DNA from: Gammaproteobacteria bacterium
Lineage (GTDB): Bacteria; Pseudomonadota; Gammaproteobacteria; Ga0077536
NCBI GenBank assembly: GCA_016209015.1
Contig: JACQWY010000028.1
Span: forward strand, 13,356 to 77,355
Direction of reading: 5' to 3'
Length of the DNA: 64,000 nt
The translations under genes were made by a program, and so were the position numbers. Shown in pieces: positions 45,876 through 55,704 of this stretch. Below the pieces are notes generated by a model. The model ran no database searches. It was not told the origin of the DNA and saw only the letters and a list, made by a program, of their open reading frames with translations. Positions within the stretch are counted from its first letter, which is position 1. Every line of letters begins with the position of its first letter.

Positions 45876-46090
45876 GCGTGCTCGGCCCCGAAGATTTCGA
45901 CTCTCGAACCTGGCGCAAGCTGCGCGAGCACCTAAATGCACGGCTCGTCGCGCTGCGCACACGTAACGACATCGACCAGCCCGCCGAGAAGACCGCGAGT
46001 CTCCGCGGGCGCATCTCCCAGATCAAGGAATTGCTGGCGCTCGAACGAGCTCCAGACCCGGAGACGGCCGAGGAAACTCCGTCGTCGTAG
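45872..46090 (+). CDS. hypothetical protein (72 aa)
   Basis: ORF track; coupled to the portal. Confidence 0.35.
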   Translation: MSVLGPEDFDSRTWRKLREHLNARLVALRTRNDIDQPAEKTASLRGRISQIKELLALERAPDPETAEETPSS

Positions 46091-46124
46091 CGCCCCTCGG
46101 GGCACCCCGCCAATGAGGTAACCG

Positions 46125-47012
46125 ATGAGCACCAGTGAGCAACAGCAGGATGACGCTGCCGCCCAGGCCGCAGCATTAGAGAAGGCACGCGACGAAGAAG
46201 AGCAGGCGTTCAACGAGGGTTTCGCGAGCGTCATGGGCCTCGGGCCCGAGCCGCCGCGCGCACCCGAGCCAGCGCCGAAGGTCGAAGATCCGAAGCCCGA
46301 AGAGGGCACGACCGAAGACACCCGGGAAGACGCCAAGACCGAAGCCGATGAGGGCGCCGCTGATGAGCCGCGCACACTCACGATGGACGAGGTCACGGAA
46401 TTCATCACTCGGGAGCTCGACACCCGCGACGCGCGCCACGCTGAAGAAATCCGCAAGCTCCACGGAAAATACGGAAGCCTCCACGGTTCGTTGAAGAAGC
46501 TCCGCGACATCCCTGTACTGACGCGAGAGCACCTGTCCGATCTGACCCACGAGTACCCCGAAGTCGGGGAATTGCTCGGCAAGAAACTCCCGGAGTCGTA
46601 CACGCCGCCCGAGTTGCCCGCTGATGCCGGCAACGACGAACCCGCGCCGGTGACGCCTCAGGTCGAGTCCGACGATCAACAGGAGCGCTATCTCGATCGG
46701 TTCTGCAAGGGTTGGCGCGACAAGATCGTGTCGGGCGACTGGGCTCAATGGGTCTCCACGCTGTCGCCCAAAGAGCGCGACGCGATGGAGAAGAGCGATG
46801 ACGCGATCTTCGTCGCGGATTCCGTAGAGCGGTTCGACAAGTGGGCCAAGCAACGCGCCAAGAAGGCGGCGGAACAGCAACAGCGGCAAGAGCGCCTCGA
46901 GCGCGCAGCCCCGGCCACTACGGGGCAGTCCGCACCCAACCCAATCGAAGACGAAGAGGCCGCGATGGCTGCTGGATTCCAATCGGTCTACGGCAGACGC
47001 GCCCCTTCCTAG
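46125..47012 (+). CDS. scaffolding protein
   Basis: acidic, helical, low complexity; immediately upstream of the capsid gene. Confidence 0.6.
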   Translation: MSTSEQQQDDAAAQAAALEKARDEEEQAFNEGFASVMGLGPEPPRAPEPAPKVEDPKPEEGTTEDTREDAKTEADEGAADEPRTLTMDEVTEFITRELDTRDARHAEEIRKLHGKYGSLHGSLKKLRDIPVLTREHLSDLTHEYPEVGELLGKKLPESYTPPELPADAGNDEPAPVTPQVESDDQQERYLDRFCKGWRDKIVSGDWAQWVSTLSPKERDAMEKSDDAIFVADSVERFDKWAKQRAKKAAEQQQRQERLERAAPATTGQSAPNPIEDEEAAMAAGFQSVYGRRAPS

Positions 47013-47021
47013 GAGTAAGTC

Positions 47022-48059
47022 ATGCAGACGTATCAAGCTACTTCCCAGCGAATCGGCAAGCTCAAGGGTGAGCTGCTCGCGCACGCGATGCACAAGGAAG
47101 TCATGGGCATCACCGGCCAGCAGAAGAAGATGCCGGGGGGCGGCGGCGACACCATCATCTACCGTCGCTGGCTGCCGTTCGGCGCATCGATCACCGATTT
47201 CAACACCATCAACCGCCCCGCCGCCGTCGCGGCCGCGCACATCCTCGAGGAAGGCGTGACGCCGACCCCGGACACGATGACCCCGCAGGATGTCAGCGTC
47301 GCCATGCAGCAGTACGGCTGCCTCTACGAGTTCAGCGACAAGCTCGTCGATCTCAACGAGGACGACGTGCCGGCGCAGATGAAGCAGCAGGTCGGCGAGC
47401 GCATGGGTCTCGTGCGCGAGATGATCCGCTACGGCATCCTCAAGGCGGGCACCAACGCCTACTACGCCGGTGGCTCGTCGCGCTCCACGGTCGCCGCGGC
47501 GGTTACGCTGAACTTGCTCCGCAAGATTACGCGCAACCTCAAGTCGAACCACGCCAACATGATCACGCAGGTGCTCGCCCCGTCGACGAACTTCGCGACG
47601 ACGCCGGTCGAGGCCGCGTGGCTCGTGTTCTGCCACTCCGACTGCGAGGCCGACATCCGCGAGCTCCCTGGCTTCAAGCACACGGCCGAGTACGGTACGC
47701 GCAAGCCCGTCCACGATCTCGAGATCGGCTCGTGCGAGTCGTTCCGGTTCGTCATGTCGCCGGAGCTCGCGCCCTATGCGCACGCCGGCGCGGCGGTCGG
47801 CACGACGGGCCTCTACTCGAGCAACGCCACGAACATCGACGTCTACCCGATGATCGTCGTCGCCGAGGACGCGTGGGGCCAGGTCGCGCTGCGCGGCGTC
47901 AACTCCATCGATCCGACCTACATCCCGGTCGGCCAGAAGGACAAGACCGATCCGCTCGGCCAGCGTGGCTACGCGGGCGCGAAGTTCTATCAGGCGGCGG
48001 TCATTCTCAACCAGGGGTGGATGGCGGTCGCGGAAGTCGGGATCACCGATCTGGGCTGA
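47022..48059 (+). CDS. major capsid protein
   Basis: 345 aa after the scaffold; followed by a strong hairpin terminator. Confidence 0.65.
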   Translation: MQTYQATSQRIGKLKGELLAHAMHKEVMGITGQQKKMPGGGGDTIIYRRWLPFGASITDFNTINRPAAVAAAHILEEGVTPTPDTMTPQDVSVAMQQYGCLYEFSDKLVDLNEDDVPAQMKQQVGERMGLVREMIRYGILKAGTNAYYAGGSSRSTVAAAVTLNLLRKITRNLKSNHANMITQVLAPSTNFATTPVEAAWLVFCHSDCEADIRELPGFKHTAEYGTRKPVHDLEIGSCESFRFVMSPELAPYAHAGAAVGTTGLYSSNATNIDVYPMIVVAEDAWGQVALRGVNSIDPTYIPVGQKDKTDPLGQRGYAGAKFYQAAVILNQGWMAVAEVGITDLG

Positions 48060-48076
48060 TCACTCGTCGTGAACAC

Positions 48077-48104
48077 TGGGGCGCCTTCGGGCGCCCGTTT
48101 ATTT
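48077..48104 (+). terminator. hairpin terminator after the capsid gene
   Basis: GGGGCGCC-TTCG-GGCGCCC + GTTTATTT. Confidence 0.5.
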
Positions 48105-48135
48105 AGCTGACCCACAAAGAGAGAGGAAAGCAACC

Positions 48136-48606
48136 ATGCACGCAACCGAAACTCGTGAACGCGGCGGCACGCGCTGCCTGAGCAAGGCAGGGCTCGCCGA
48201 GGGCACCAACGCGAACACCATCAAGACCGCGGCCCCGAACGGCGCCGGCACCGACTACGCGATCTACGGCTACGCCTATCACAAGGCCGACACCGACAAC
48301 ATCGCGATGAACGCGCTCGCCGTACAGGCGGTCGCGACGAAGTGTCTCTACTGCATCCAGGCGGACACCGGCGGGACCGTCACGCTCGTCAAAGGCGACG
48401 AGGTCCTGACCGCCGATCTGTCGGCCGGCAAGACCGTGCTGCACTGGCCGCTCCCCGCGGCCGGTCAGTGCGCTCTCGGCTTCCTGAAGGTCGAGACCGA
48501 CGCCACGCACACGTTCACGTCAGGCACCACGGATCTGAGCGCGGCCGGTATCACCGCGACGTTCTACGACGTCATGGGGATCCCGACGGCGGGCCTCCAG
48601 TCCTGA
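48136..48606 (+). CDS. virion protein (156 aa), possibly head decoration/adaptor
   Basis: ORF track; flanked by hairpins. Confidence 0.4.
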   Translation: MHATETRERGGTRCLSKAGLAEGTNANTIKTAAPNGAGTDYAIYGYAYHKADTDNIAMNALAVQAVATKCLYCIQADTGGTVTLVKGDEVLTADLSAGKTVLHWPLPAAGQCALGFLKVETDATHTFTSGTTDLSAAGITATFYDVMGIPTAGLQS

Positions 48607-48628
48607 TCTGAACGCAACCGACGCGAGA

Positions 48629-48654
48629 GGGCCCTTCGGGGCCCTTATCGCTTT
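48629..48654 (+). terminator. GGGCCC-TTCG-GGGCCC hairpin (identical stem-loop recurs at 49246)
   Basis: perfect 6-bp GC stem with a UUCG tetraloop. Confidence 0.4.
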
Positions 48655-48666
48655 AAGGAGATCACC

Positions 48667-49218
48667 ATGATTCTGCCCTGGTTCAAAACGCTCGATCTGA
48701 GCGTCACGAAGATCCTCCGACTCAAGAAGACCGCAGTCATCGACGTCGACGGAACCATCCTCAGCGTCGCCGAACTGAAGAAACTCGACGTGAACTCGAG
48801 AATCGTCGTGCTCGACGCCAACACGACCCTCAGCAAGGACGCCCACGACAACAAGGTGCTCGTGCTCAACTCGGCTTCGGCGCGCACCCACACGCTGCCG
48901 GCGGCGACGGGCAGCGGCGCGCGCTTCCAGTTCATCGTCGGCGCAGTCAACACGTCGGGCTACGTCATCCAGGTCACGGGAGACGACACCATCGACGGCG
49001 TGCTGCTCAACGTCGACACCGACACGTCTGGCGCGCTCCGCGGCTTCACGCCGTCGGCCGCCGACGACACGGTCACGCTCAACGGCACGACGCAGGGCGG
49101 CGCCTCGATCGGCGACGTCATGACGTTCGTCGACATCGCCGCCGATCAGTGGGCGATCGACGGCCGCGTCTCGGCAACCGGCTCGCCGGCGACCCCGTTC
49201 AGCTCCGCCGTGACCTGA
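48667..49218 (+). CDS. virion protein (183 aa)
   Basis: ORF track. Confidence 0.4.
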   Translation: MILPWFKTLDLSVTKILRLKKTAVIDVDGTILSVAELKKLDVNSRIVVLDANTTLSKDAHDNKVLVLNSASARTHTLPAATGSGARFQFIVGAVNTSGYVIQVTGDDTIDGVLLNVDTDTSGALRGFTPSAADDTVTLNGTTQGGASIGDVMTFVDIAADQWAIDGRVSATGSPATPFSSAVT

Positions 49219-49245
49219 TTCACCAGCGCTACCTACTAACTCACA

Positions 49246-49270
49246 GGGCCCTTCGGGGCCCTTTTTTTTG
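49246..49270 (+). terminator. intrinsic terminator GGGCCC-TTCG-GGGCCC + T8
   Basis: sequence. Confidence 0.55.
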
Positions 49271-49278
49271 GAGATCCC

Positions 49279-49767
49279 ATGGCCACGAAGAATCACAACC
49301 GTCCCCGGAAACCCATTCGCACGCTCGAGATGGACGTCGGTCAGGAAGGCATCGCACAGATCAGCCTCTCCGGCGCCGCCAGCATCGAGCGTTCCGACAT
49401 CGAAATCGTCGACGGCCCGGACGCGCTCAAGCACGCCGAGGAGCTGGCGTTCATGGAAGAGGAAGTCGTGATCAACATTCACGAGACCGACGATCCGAAC
49501 GCCGAGCCCTATGTCCAGGTCGGCTCCAACGGAAAGATCATCTACATCACGCGCGGCGAGGACGTCATCATCAAGCGCAAGTACCTCGAGCGTCTCGCGC
49601 GAGCGAAGCGCGTCGGCTACCAGCAGAAGCACCTCAACTCGTCGGACCCCCTGAAGTACAACCGGCTCGACATGAAGACCGCGCTTCAGTATCCGTTCGA
49701 GCTCAAGGAAGACCTCAACCCGCGCGGCCGCGACTGGCTCGTGAAGATCCTGAAAGAGGCGGCGTAA
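49279..49767 (+). CDS. virion protein (162 aa)
   Basis: ORF track. Confidence 0.4.
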   Translation: MATKNHNRPRKPIRTLEMDVGQEGIAQISLSGAASIERSDIEIVDGPDALKHAEELAFMEEEVVINIHETDDPNAEPYVQVGSNGKIIYITRGEDVIIKRKYLERLARAKRVGYQQKHLNSSDPLKYNRLDMKTALQYPFELKEDLNPRGRDWLVKILKEAA

Positions 49768-49768
49768 C

Positions 49769-50431
49769 GTGAAGCTCGTCAGCCTCATTGCCCAGTGGCG
49801 CGCCGACGTCGATGACGCACAGCAACCGTTCCTCTGGTCCGAGGCGTCGGTGCTCAACTGGTTCAATGAGGCTGAACAGGAGGCGTGCCGTCGCGCGGAG
49901 CTGATCGTCGATTCGTCCACGGCCGAGATCTGCACGCTCCAGGTCACGGCCAATAACCCGTGGGTGGCCTACGATCCGCGCATCGTGCGCGTGCTCCGGG
50001 CCCGTCCCGTTGGGCATGTCGGGATCGGCGTCCTCACGATGGCCGAGATGGATGAGCGCCCGAACTGGGAAGACGAGACCGGAACCGTGCTGAAAGCGCT
50101 CGTCACCGACATGGAGACCGGGAAGTTCCGGTGCTGGCCGACGCTGACCGCCAACACCACGATCGCGATCACGGCCTCGCGGCTGCCGCTCGCCGACATG
50201 GACGACAGCGTGAACGCCGAGCCGGAGATCCGCGCGGAGTATCACCTGAAGCTGCTCGACTGGGTGAAGTGGCGGGCCTACAGCGTGGACGACGTCGATG
50301 GGACAGATCCCGCGAAGGCCAGGGCCGCGCTGAAGCGCTTCGAAGCCGAATTCGGAACGGCCTCGGCGCTGCTCGACGCGTGGTTGCGCCGCTACGGAAA
50401 CCGTGAATTCGTCGGCGGGAGCTTCGCCTGA
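49769..50431 (+). CDS. virion protein (220 aa), possible head-tail connector
   Basis: ORF track. Confidence 0.4.
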   Translation: MKLVSLIAQWRADVDDAQQPFLWSEASVLNWFNEAEQEACRRAELIVDSSTAEICTLQVTANNPWVAYDPRIVRVLRARPVGHVGIGVLTMAEMDERPNWEDETGTVLKALVTDMETGKFRCWPTLTANTTIAITASRLPLADMDDSVNAEPEIRAEYHLKLLDWVKWRAYSVDDVDGTDPAKARAALKRFEAEFGTASALLDAWLRRYGNREFVGGSFA

Positions 50432-51606
50432 TGGCGCGCATCGGCCCGTTCGCCGGCATCGACAACGTCACGGCCCGCGAGCTTCTGAAACCCGACCATC
50501 TACAGGCGGGTGTGAACGTAGACGTGATGGACTCGAAGCGCGTGAAGCGCCGCGTCGGCCGCGCGACGTTCTCGGCGGGTGGCGCGGACTCGCTCTACGT
50601 GCACGATGGCGTGTTCGTGTTCCGGCGCGGCACCGAGCTCCGGCGCATGCGCCCCAGCGGGCAGAGCGACGTCATCGCCTCTGGACTCGCGCGGCGCCCG
50701 TGTTACTGGGGTGTCAAAGACCGCATCTACTGGAGCGACGGGCTGCAGACAGGCGTCATCGTGCGTGGTCTAAACGAGGCCTGGGGCATCGCCCCGCCGC
50801 CGACGCAACCCGACTACGCCGCGGCGCCGGGCGGTAACCTGCCGCGCGCGAGCTACCGCTACGCGCTGACGTTCGAGCGCGATGGCCAGGAGTCGGGGAC
50901 CGGGCCGGCGCGCGACACCGCGGAGATCGAGGGCGCGATCACGTTCTCCAACATCGCCGTCCCGACCGGCGCAGATTGCAAGCACCTGTATCTCTCATAC
51001 CCGGACGGCCGCAGGCTACATCGCCTGATGACACTCGCGCCCGGCACCACGACGGCCACCTATGCGGGCACCGCGGCCGCACTCGGCGCGCCCCTCGAGA
51101 CGCAATTCATGCAGCCGCCGCCGGCCGGCAGTGCGATTGCCGAGCACCACGGGCGTATGCTCGTCGCGATCGGCGAGTTCCTGCTCTTCTCGCCGCCGTA
51201 CCGCGGCTATCTATTCGACCCCGTGCACATGAATTACCGCTTCGGGTCGCGGATCACGATGGTTGCGCCGGTCGAAGGCGGCGTCTATGTCGGCACCGAG
51301 AAGACCATCGAGTTCCTGGCCGGCGACGACATCGCCACCGCGACGCGCTACGAGAAAGCCGCGTACGGCGCCGTCGAAGGCACGCTCGACTATGTGAGCG
51401 CCGATCAACTCGGCGTCGTCTCGCTCCCCGGCAAGGTCGCGCTCTTCGCCGCCCAGGCGGGGATCTGCGTCGGCGGGATCGGCGGCGCTTTCCACAACCT
51501 GACGACGGGACGATACGCGTACCCAGTGGCGTCGCGCGGGGCCGCGCGGGTCATTCAGGAAGAGAACGCGACGCGCCTCGTCATCGCAATGCGAGGGATT
51601 TCATGA
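50431..51606 (+). CDS. virion/tail protein (391 aa)
   Basis: ORF track; ATGA coupling. Confidence 0.4.
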   Translation: MARIGPFAGIDNVTARELLKPDHLQAGVNVDVMDSKRVKRRVGRATFSAGGADSLYVHDGVFVFRRGTELRRMRPSGQSDVIASGLARRPCYWGVKDRIYWSDGLQTGVIVRGLNEAWGIAPPPTQPDYAAAPGGNLPRASYRYALTFERDGQESGTGPARDTAEIEGAITFSNIAVPTGADCKHLYLSYPDGRRLHRLMTLAPGTTTATYAGTAAALGAPLETQFMQPPPAGSAIAEHHGRMLVAIGEFLLFSPPYRGYLFDPVHMNYRFGSRITMVAPVEGGVYVGTEKTIEFLAGDDIATATRYEKAAYGAVEGTLDYVSADQLGVVSLPGKVALFAAQAGICVGGIGGAFHNLTTGRYAYPVASRGAARVIQEENATRLVIAMRGIS

Positions 51607-51860
51607 TGTCCGCACTCATCCTCCCGTCCGCCGGCACGCAAGCAGTCTTCGCGCCGCGCCTTGAGGCTTCCGGCACGGTGAAGACGCTGAAGCACCGTGT
51701 CGCCGAAGTCCCGGTCACCGACGGCCTAGTCAACGTGCTCGACCTGCCGGCGCCGCTCATCGAACCCTTCGGGCGATTCATGCGCAAGCGGGTCCCGGCC
51801 GGCACGTTCCGCGTGAAGCTCGAGCACTGGCAGGAGTTCTGCGCAACGCTCGGCCTCTGA
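51604..51860 (+). CDS. small virion protein (85 aa)
   Basis: ORF track. Confidence 0.35.
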
Positions 51861-51880
51861 GCCACCCCATTCCCCACCAA

Positions 51881-51902
51881 CCCGCTTCGGCGGGTTTTTT
51901 TA
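51881..51902 (+). terminator. intrinsic terminator CCCGC-TTCG-GCGGG + T7
   Basis: sequence. Confidence 0.55.
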
Positions 51903-51918
51903 TGCCTGGAGAAAACCG

Positions 51919-52368
51919 ATGTCACTGAATCGATCGACCGGCCTGCGCAACAAGCTGCTCGACACCGGAAGTTTCAAGAGCGTGATGAACTTGTGTTTCA
52001 TCAACATCTATTCCGGGGCGCGCCCGGCGAGCGCCGACGACGCGGTGCCGGGCGGCTGCGTGCTGCTCGCCGTGATCTCCGATAACGGCGGCGGCAGCGG
52101 GCTCAACTGGGATGCCGCGGCGGCGGCCGGCGCACTGCTCAAGAGCCAGACCCAGACGTGGTCCGAGGATTCGATTCTGGCCGACGGCACCGCAGGCTGG
52201 TTCCGGATTTACGAGGCCACCGACACGCCGGCTGGCGCGAGCACGACCAAGGCGCGCGCCGACGGCACCATCGGCACGTCGGGGGCGGATCTCAATCTCT
52301 CGAGCGTCAATCTCACCGCCGGCACTCCGCTGACGCTGAGCAACGCCAGTCAGTTCACGATGTCTTGA
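51919..52368 (+). CDS. structural-paralog-family protein (149 aa)
   Basis: GTAGWFRIYEATD...GTSGADLNLSS. Confidence 0.5.
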   Translation: MSLNRSTGLRNKLLDTGSFKSVMNLCFINIYSGARPASADDAVPGGCVLLAVISDNGGGSGLNWDAAAAAGALLKSQTQTWSEDSILADGTAGWFRIYEATDTPAGASTTKARADGTIGTSGADLNLSSVNLTAGTPLTLSNASQFTMS

Positions 52369-52378
52369 GGACCACTCC

Positions 52379-52819
52379 ATGAGCAATCTGAGTCTTTCCA
52401 CCGGCTTTCGCAACGCACTGCTCGACGCAGGGCTGTTGCCCCTTTTCGACAACGGCTTCCTCGACATCTACTCGGGCACGATCCCGACCGACGCGAATCA
52501 GAGCGAGGGCGCGGGCACACTGCTTGCGAGCGTCGTCCTGCCCGCCTCGGCGCTCGCGGCCGCGGCGTCCGGCGGATCGGTCTCCAAGGACAGCGGCGCC
52601 TGGACCGAGCCCGATGCGAACGCGGGAGGCACGGCCGCGTGGTTCCGCCTCTACGACTCAGCCCACACGACTGGTGCGAGCACGACCGCGGTCCGCGTCG
52701 ACGGCGAGGTCACGCTGTCCGGCGGCGGCGGGGATCTCATCCTGACCACGCTCACCATCGCGCTCCACGACTCGCTCACCATCGATACGTTCTCGTTCTC
52801 GATTCCGTTGAGCGCGTAA
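52379..52819 (+). CDS. structural-paralog-family protein (146 aa)
   Basis: GTAAWFRLYDSAH... Confidence 0.5.
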   Translation: MSNLSLSTGFRNALLDAGLLPLFDNGFLDIYSGTIPTDANQSEGAGTLLASVVLPASALAAAASGGSVSKDSGAWTEPDANAGGTAAWFRLYDSAHTTGASTTAVRVDGEVTLSGGGGDLILTTLTIALHDSLTIDTFSFSIPLSA

Positions 52820-52822
52820 CCC

Positions 52823-54448
52823 ATGTCCGGAGCCGCCTGGAATCCATCCGACAAGCATTCGTCAATCACCCTGACGAATGCAAATCGGACGGCCGAGAAC
52901 ACGTCCGGGCTCAGTGGGATCCGATCGGTACGTGCCGATCAGTTCATGTCGTCCGGGAAGTTCTATTTCGAGTTCGTCGTCGATCAGGCGGGCGCGGGGT
53001 CTCCCGAGTGGTACGCGGGTATCGACGACGGCACGCTGAACCTGGCGAACGTCCTCGGCAGTACGGCAGGCGGCTACGGTATTCGGGGTTGGACCGGGCA
53101 GAAGATCCACAACGGCAGCACGACGGCGTACGGCTCGGCGTTCGCGACGGGCGACGTCGTTGGCGTGGCCGTCGACTTCTCGGCCGGAGCGATCTGGTTC
53201 TCGAAGAACGGCACGTGGTTCAACAGCGCGACGATCTCCGAAATCCAGGCGGGCACGACGACGCACGCCGCCTACACGGGGATCTCCGGCTCGTTCACGC
53301 CGGCATGGTCGGCGAACGACTCGACGACGGCGCCCAAGACCACGCTGCGCACCGAGGCCGCGCAGCTCACGGGTAGCGTACCGTCCGGCTTCACGGCCGG
53401 CTGGCCGCTTCCGACGCACGGTGACGGCGCGGCGGGCATCCCGGTCGCGGCCGCCGGCACGGGCAACGTGCAGCCGGTCCACGTCACCGGCGGAGCGGGG
53501 GTGCCACTGGCGATTGTGGCGACCGGCTACGTACTGCCGATCCATGGCGATGCCGCGCTCACGGTGCCGCTCGCGCCGAGCGGCACGGCCTCGCTGCCCG
53601 GCAAGGGCCAGGGCGCTGTCACGCTGATGCCGAGCCTCGTGGCGACCGGCGCGGTATCTCGCGCAGGATCCACCGACGCCGCCATGGAGGGCCCCGAGGC
53701 GCTGCTCTTCGGTGTCATCAGCATCGGCGGAACGGTAGATGCCGCGCTCGGCGTGCTCGGCGCGGCCTGTGAGGCCACCATCCCGGTGACAGGCGGCATC
53801 GATGCCGAGCTCGGCGCCCTCGAGGCCGAGGCGAGCGGGGTTGTGACGGTCGTCGGCGTGATCAGCACGGCGCTCGGCGCGCTCGAGCCCGCGCTCGTCG
53901 GCTACGTTCCGATCACCGGCACGCTCGCCACGGAGCTCGCGGTCCTCGGCGCGTATCTGGTCGCCGACTGCGGAGATTCAGAGACTTGGCGCGTGGTCGT
54001 GATGAACCTCAAGCACGGCGGGATCAGCGAGTACGAGAGCTATCCCATGAATTCGATCGTCGAGTGGAACGGCACGTACTACGGTGCCGACGATTCTGGG
54101 ATCTACACGCTCGCCGGCGAGTTCGACGTCGCAGCCGACATCGATGCCGTGATCCGCACGGCCCGCCACGATTTCGGAACCGACATCACGAAGCGCGTCT
54201 CGGACGTCTACGTGCAGTGCAAGTCGGCCAAGAAACTCGTGCTCCGAATGCGGGACGGCGATCGGATCTGGGAATACCCGGTCCCCTCGGACGCTTACCC
54301 GGGCTTCGAATCCGTGAAGGTCGACACGGGCCGCGGGCTGCGCGTCCGCTACCACGAGTTCGAGCTCGCGAACTTCGAGGGCGCGGATTTCGAGACCGAC
54401 GGGTTCGACCTCGTCATCACGCCGATCGAGCGCCGCCGCAAGCGATGA
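52823..54448 (+). CDS. tail fibre/host-specificity protein with an N-terminal SPRY-like domain
   Basis: GKFYFEFVVD...GW.G...GDVVGVAVDFSAGAIWFSKNG; Gly/Ala-rich C-terminus. Confidence 0.5.
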   Translation: MSGAAWNPSDKHSSITLTNANRTAENTSGLSGIRSVRADQFMSSGKFYFEFVVDQAGAGSPEWYAGIDDGTLNLANVLGSTAGGYGIRGWTGQKIHNGSTTAYGSAFATGDVVGVAVDFSAGAIWFSKNGTWFNSATISEIQAGTTTHAAYTGISGSFTPAWSANDSTTAPKTTLRTEAAQLTGSVPSGFTAGWPLPTHGDGAAGIPVAAAGTGNVQPVHVTGGAGVPLAIVATGYVLPIHGDAALTVPLAPSGTASLPGKGQGAVTLMPSLVATGAVSRAGSTDAAMEGPEALLFGVISIGGTVDAALGVLGAACEATIPVTGGIDAELGALEAEASGVVTVVGVISTALGALEPALVGYVPITGTLATELAVLGAYLVADCGDSETWRVVVMNLKHGGISEYESYPMNSIVEWNGTYYGADDSGIYTLAGEFDVAADIDAVIRTARHDFGTDITKRVSDVYVQCKSAKKLVLRMRDGDRIWEYPVPSDAYPGFESVKVDTGRGLRVRYHEFELANFEGADFETDGFDLVITPIERRRKR

Positions 54449-55695
54449 TCCCCCGCATTCGCACGCTGCTACTCGGCGACCAGACCGAGGCCGCGCGCTG
54501 GGTGCCGTTCGCGGCCGGCAAGCTCCGCGCGCTGCAGGCGATCATCGCGAAGGGGGTGCGGAAGGCCTGCGATCAGACCTTCCAGATTGGCGGGGTCTCG
54601 ATCGCGCTCCGCGCCGATGAGCACGGCGGGCGCATCGTGATCACGGCCGCCGCCGTCCTGGCGCGGTTACGCGTGCTCGTCGCGACGACCGATTCGACGT
54701 GGTCGCAGCTCGCAACGGCGCCGACGACGCTCGTTCCCCATTCGGCGGTCACCGTGCCGGCGCACGTCGCCAGCGACGGACTGAACACGATCGACTACCG
54801 GGAATTGCTCGGCGAGCTCAGTTACCGCACCGACGCGCTGCGCATGCGGCGCCACAATCCGGACGGGACCCTGGCCTGGGAGGAACGCGCGACCTCGAGG
54901 GACACGCCGTCGACGGGCATCACGACGGAATCCACGGCGAGCGCGGTGCGCGCCGCAGCCTATGCCGGGGCGCACGTCGTCTGGGACGAGATCGATTATC
55001 GAGAGTACTACTCGCCGATCATCGGCTGGCTGCGCGAAGCGCTGCCGTGCTACGTGCGGGCGAGCGCCGACACCGGCGTGGTCGATCTCCGCGTCGCGAC
55101 GGCCAGCGACGACTACTTCGACCCATCGCTCGGGATCTCGGTGTCGAAACGCTTCTTCCCTCTGTGCATCGCGGGGTACTTGGGCACGGACGGACTGTTC
55201 TTCGCCCTCGGCTATATGTACGAGGTCGCCGATCGCTCGACCCCCGACGGCCTGTTCACGCCGTGGGACATCGGCGGCTACTCCGGCGCCTTCGAGCTCC
55301 ACGCCGTCGACGCGGCTACCCTCGTCACCGTCGCGCGCGTCACGGTCGCGACGACCGACGGCGGGCAGGCCGTGCAGCTCATCGCCGACGAGCATGCCCT
55401 GCCGTATGTCGCAGACATCGACGCCGGAGGCCTGCTCGCCAGCGTGTTCGCGTACAGCCGCGCGCTCGAGCGCGTGCTGACCCGGGATTTCCTGCTCATC
55501 GGAGCGAGCCTCGATCCGCGAACTGGCGTGGCGGTGTGCGCCGACCAGGTCTACGCGAAAGCGGCCGGCGTGACGACGCTCTTCCGGTTCGTCCCGAATG
55601 TGACCCGTGCCGGCACCGTCGTCACCGATCTCGAACTATCCGCGGCGTCCTGGCCGGTCGACGGCCTGCTCGCGCTGTTGCCCACGAAGACCTGA
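54445..55695 (+). CDS. tail/virion protein (416 aa)
   Basis: ATGA-coupled. Confidence 0.4.
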   Translation: MIPRIRTLLLGDQTEAARWVPFAAGKLRALQAIIAKGVRKACDQTFQIGGVSIALRADEHGGRIVITAAAVLARLRVLVATTDSTWSQLATAPTTLVPHSAVTVPAHVASDGLNTIDYRELLGELSYRTDALRMRRHNPDGTLAWEERATSRDTPSTGITTESTASAVRAAAYAGAHVVWDEIDYREYYSPIIGWLREALPCYVRASADTGVVDLRVATASDDYFDPSLGISVSKRFFPLCIAGYLGTDGLFFALGYMYEVADRSTPDGLFTPWDIGGYSGAFELHAVDAATLVTVARVTVATTDGGQAVQLIADEHALPYVADIDAGGLLASVFAYSRALERVLTRDFLLIGASLDPRTGVAVCADQVYAKAAGVTTLFRFVPNVTRAGTVVTDLELSAASWPVDGLLALLPTKT

Positions 55696-55704
55696 GGACC
55701 CCCA

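Noticed and set aside
46176-47783. 535-aa minus-strand ORF across the scaffold and capsid genes (similar cases: 48520..49953-, 26963..28165-, 34483..35898-, 62051..63391-)
   Set aside because: They overlap genes with clear phage functions and synteny on the opposite strand. The translations have R/G/A-biased, junk-like composition.
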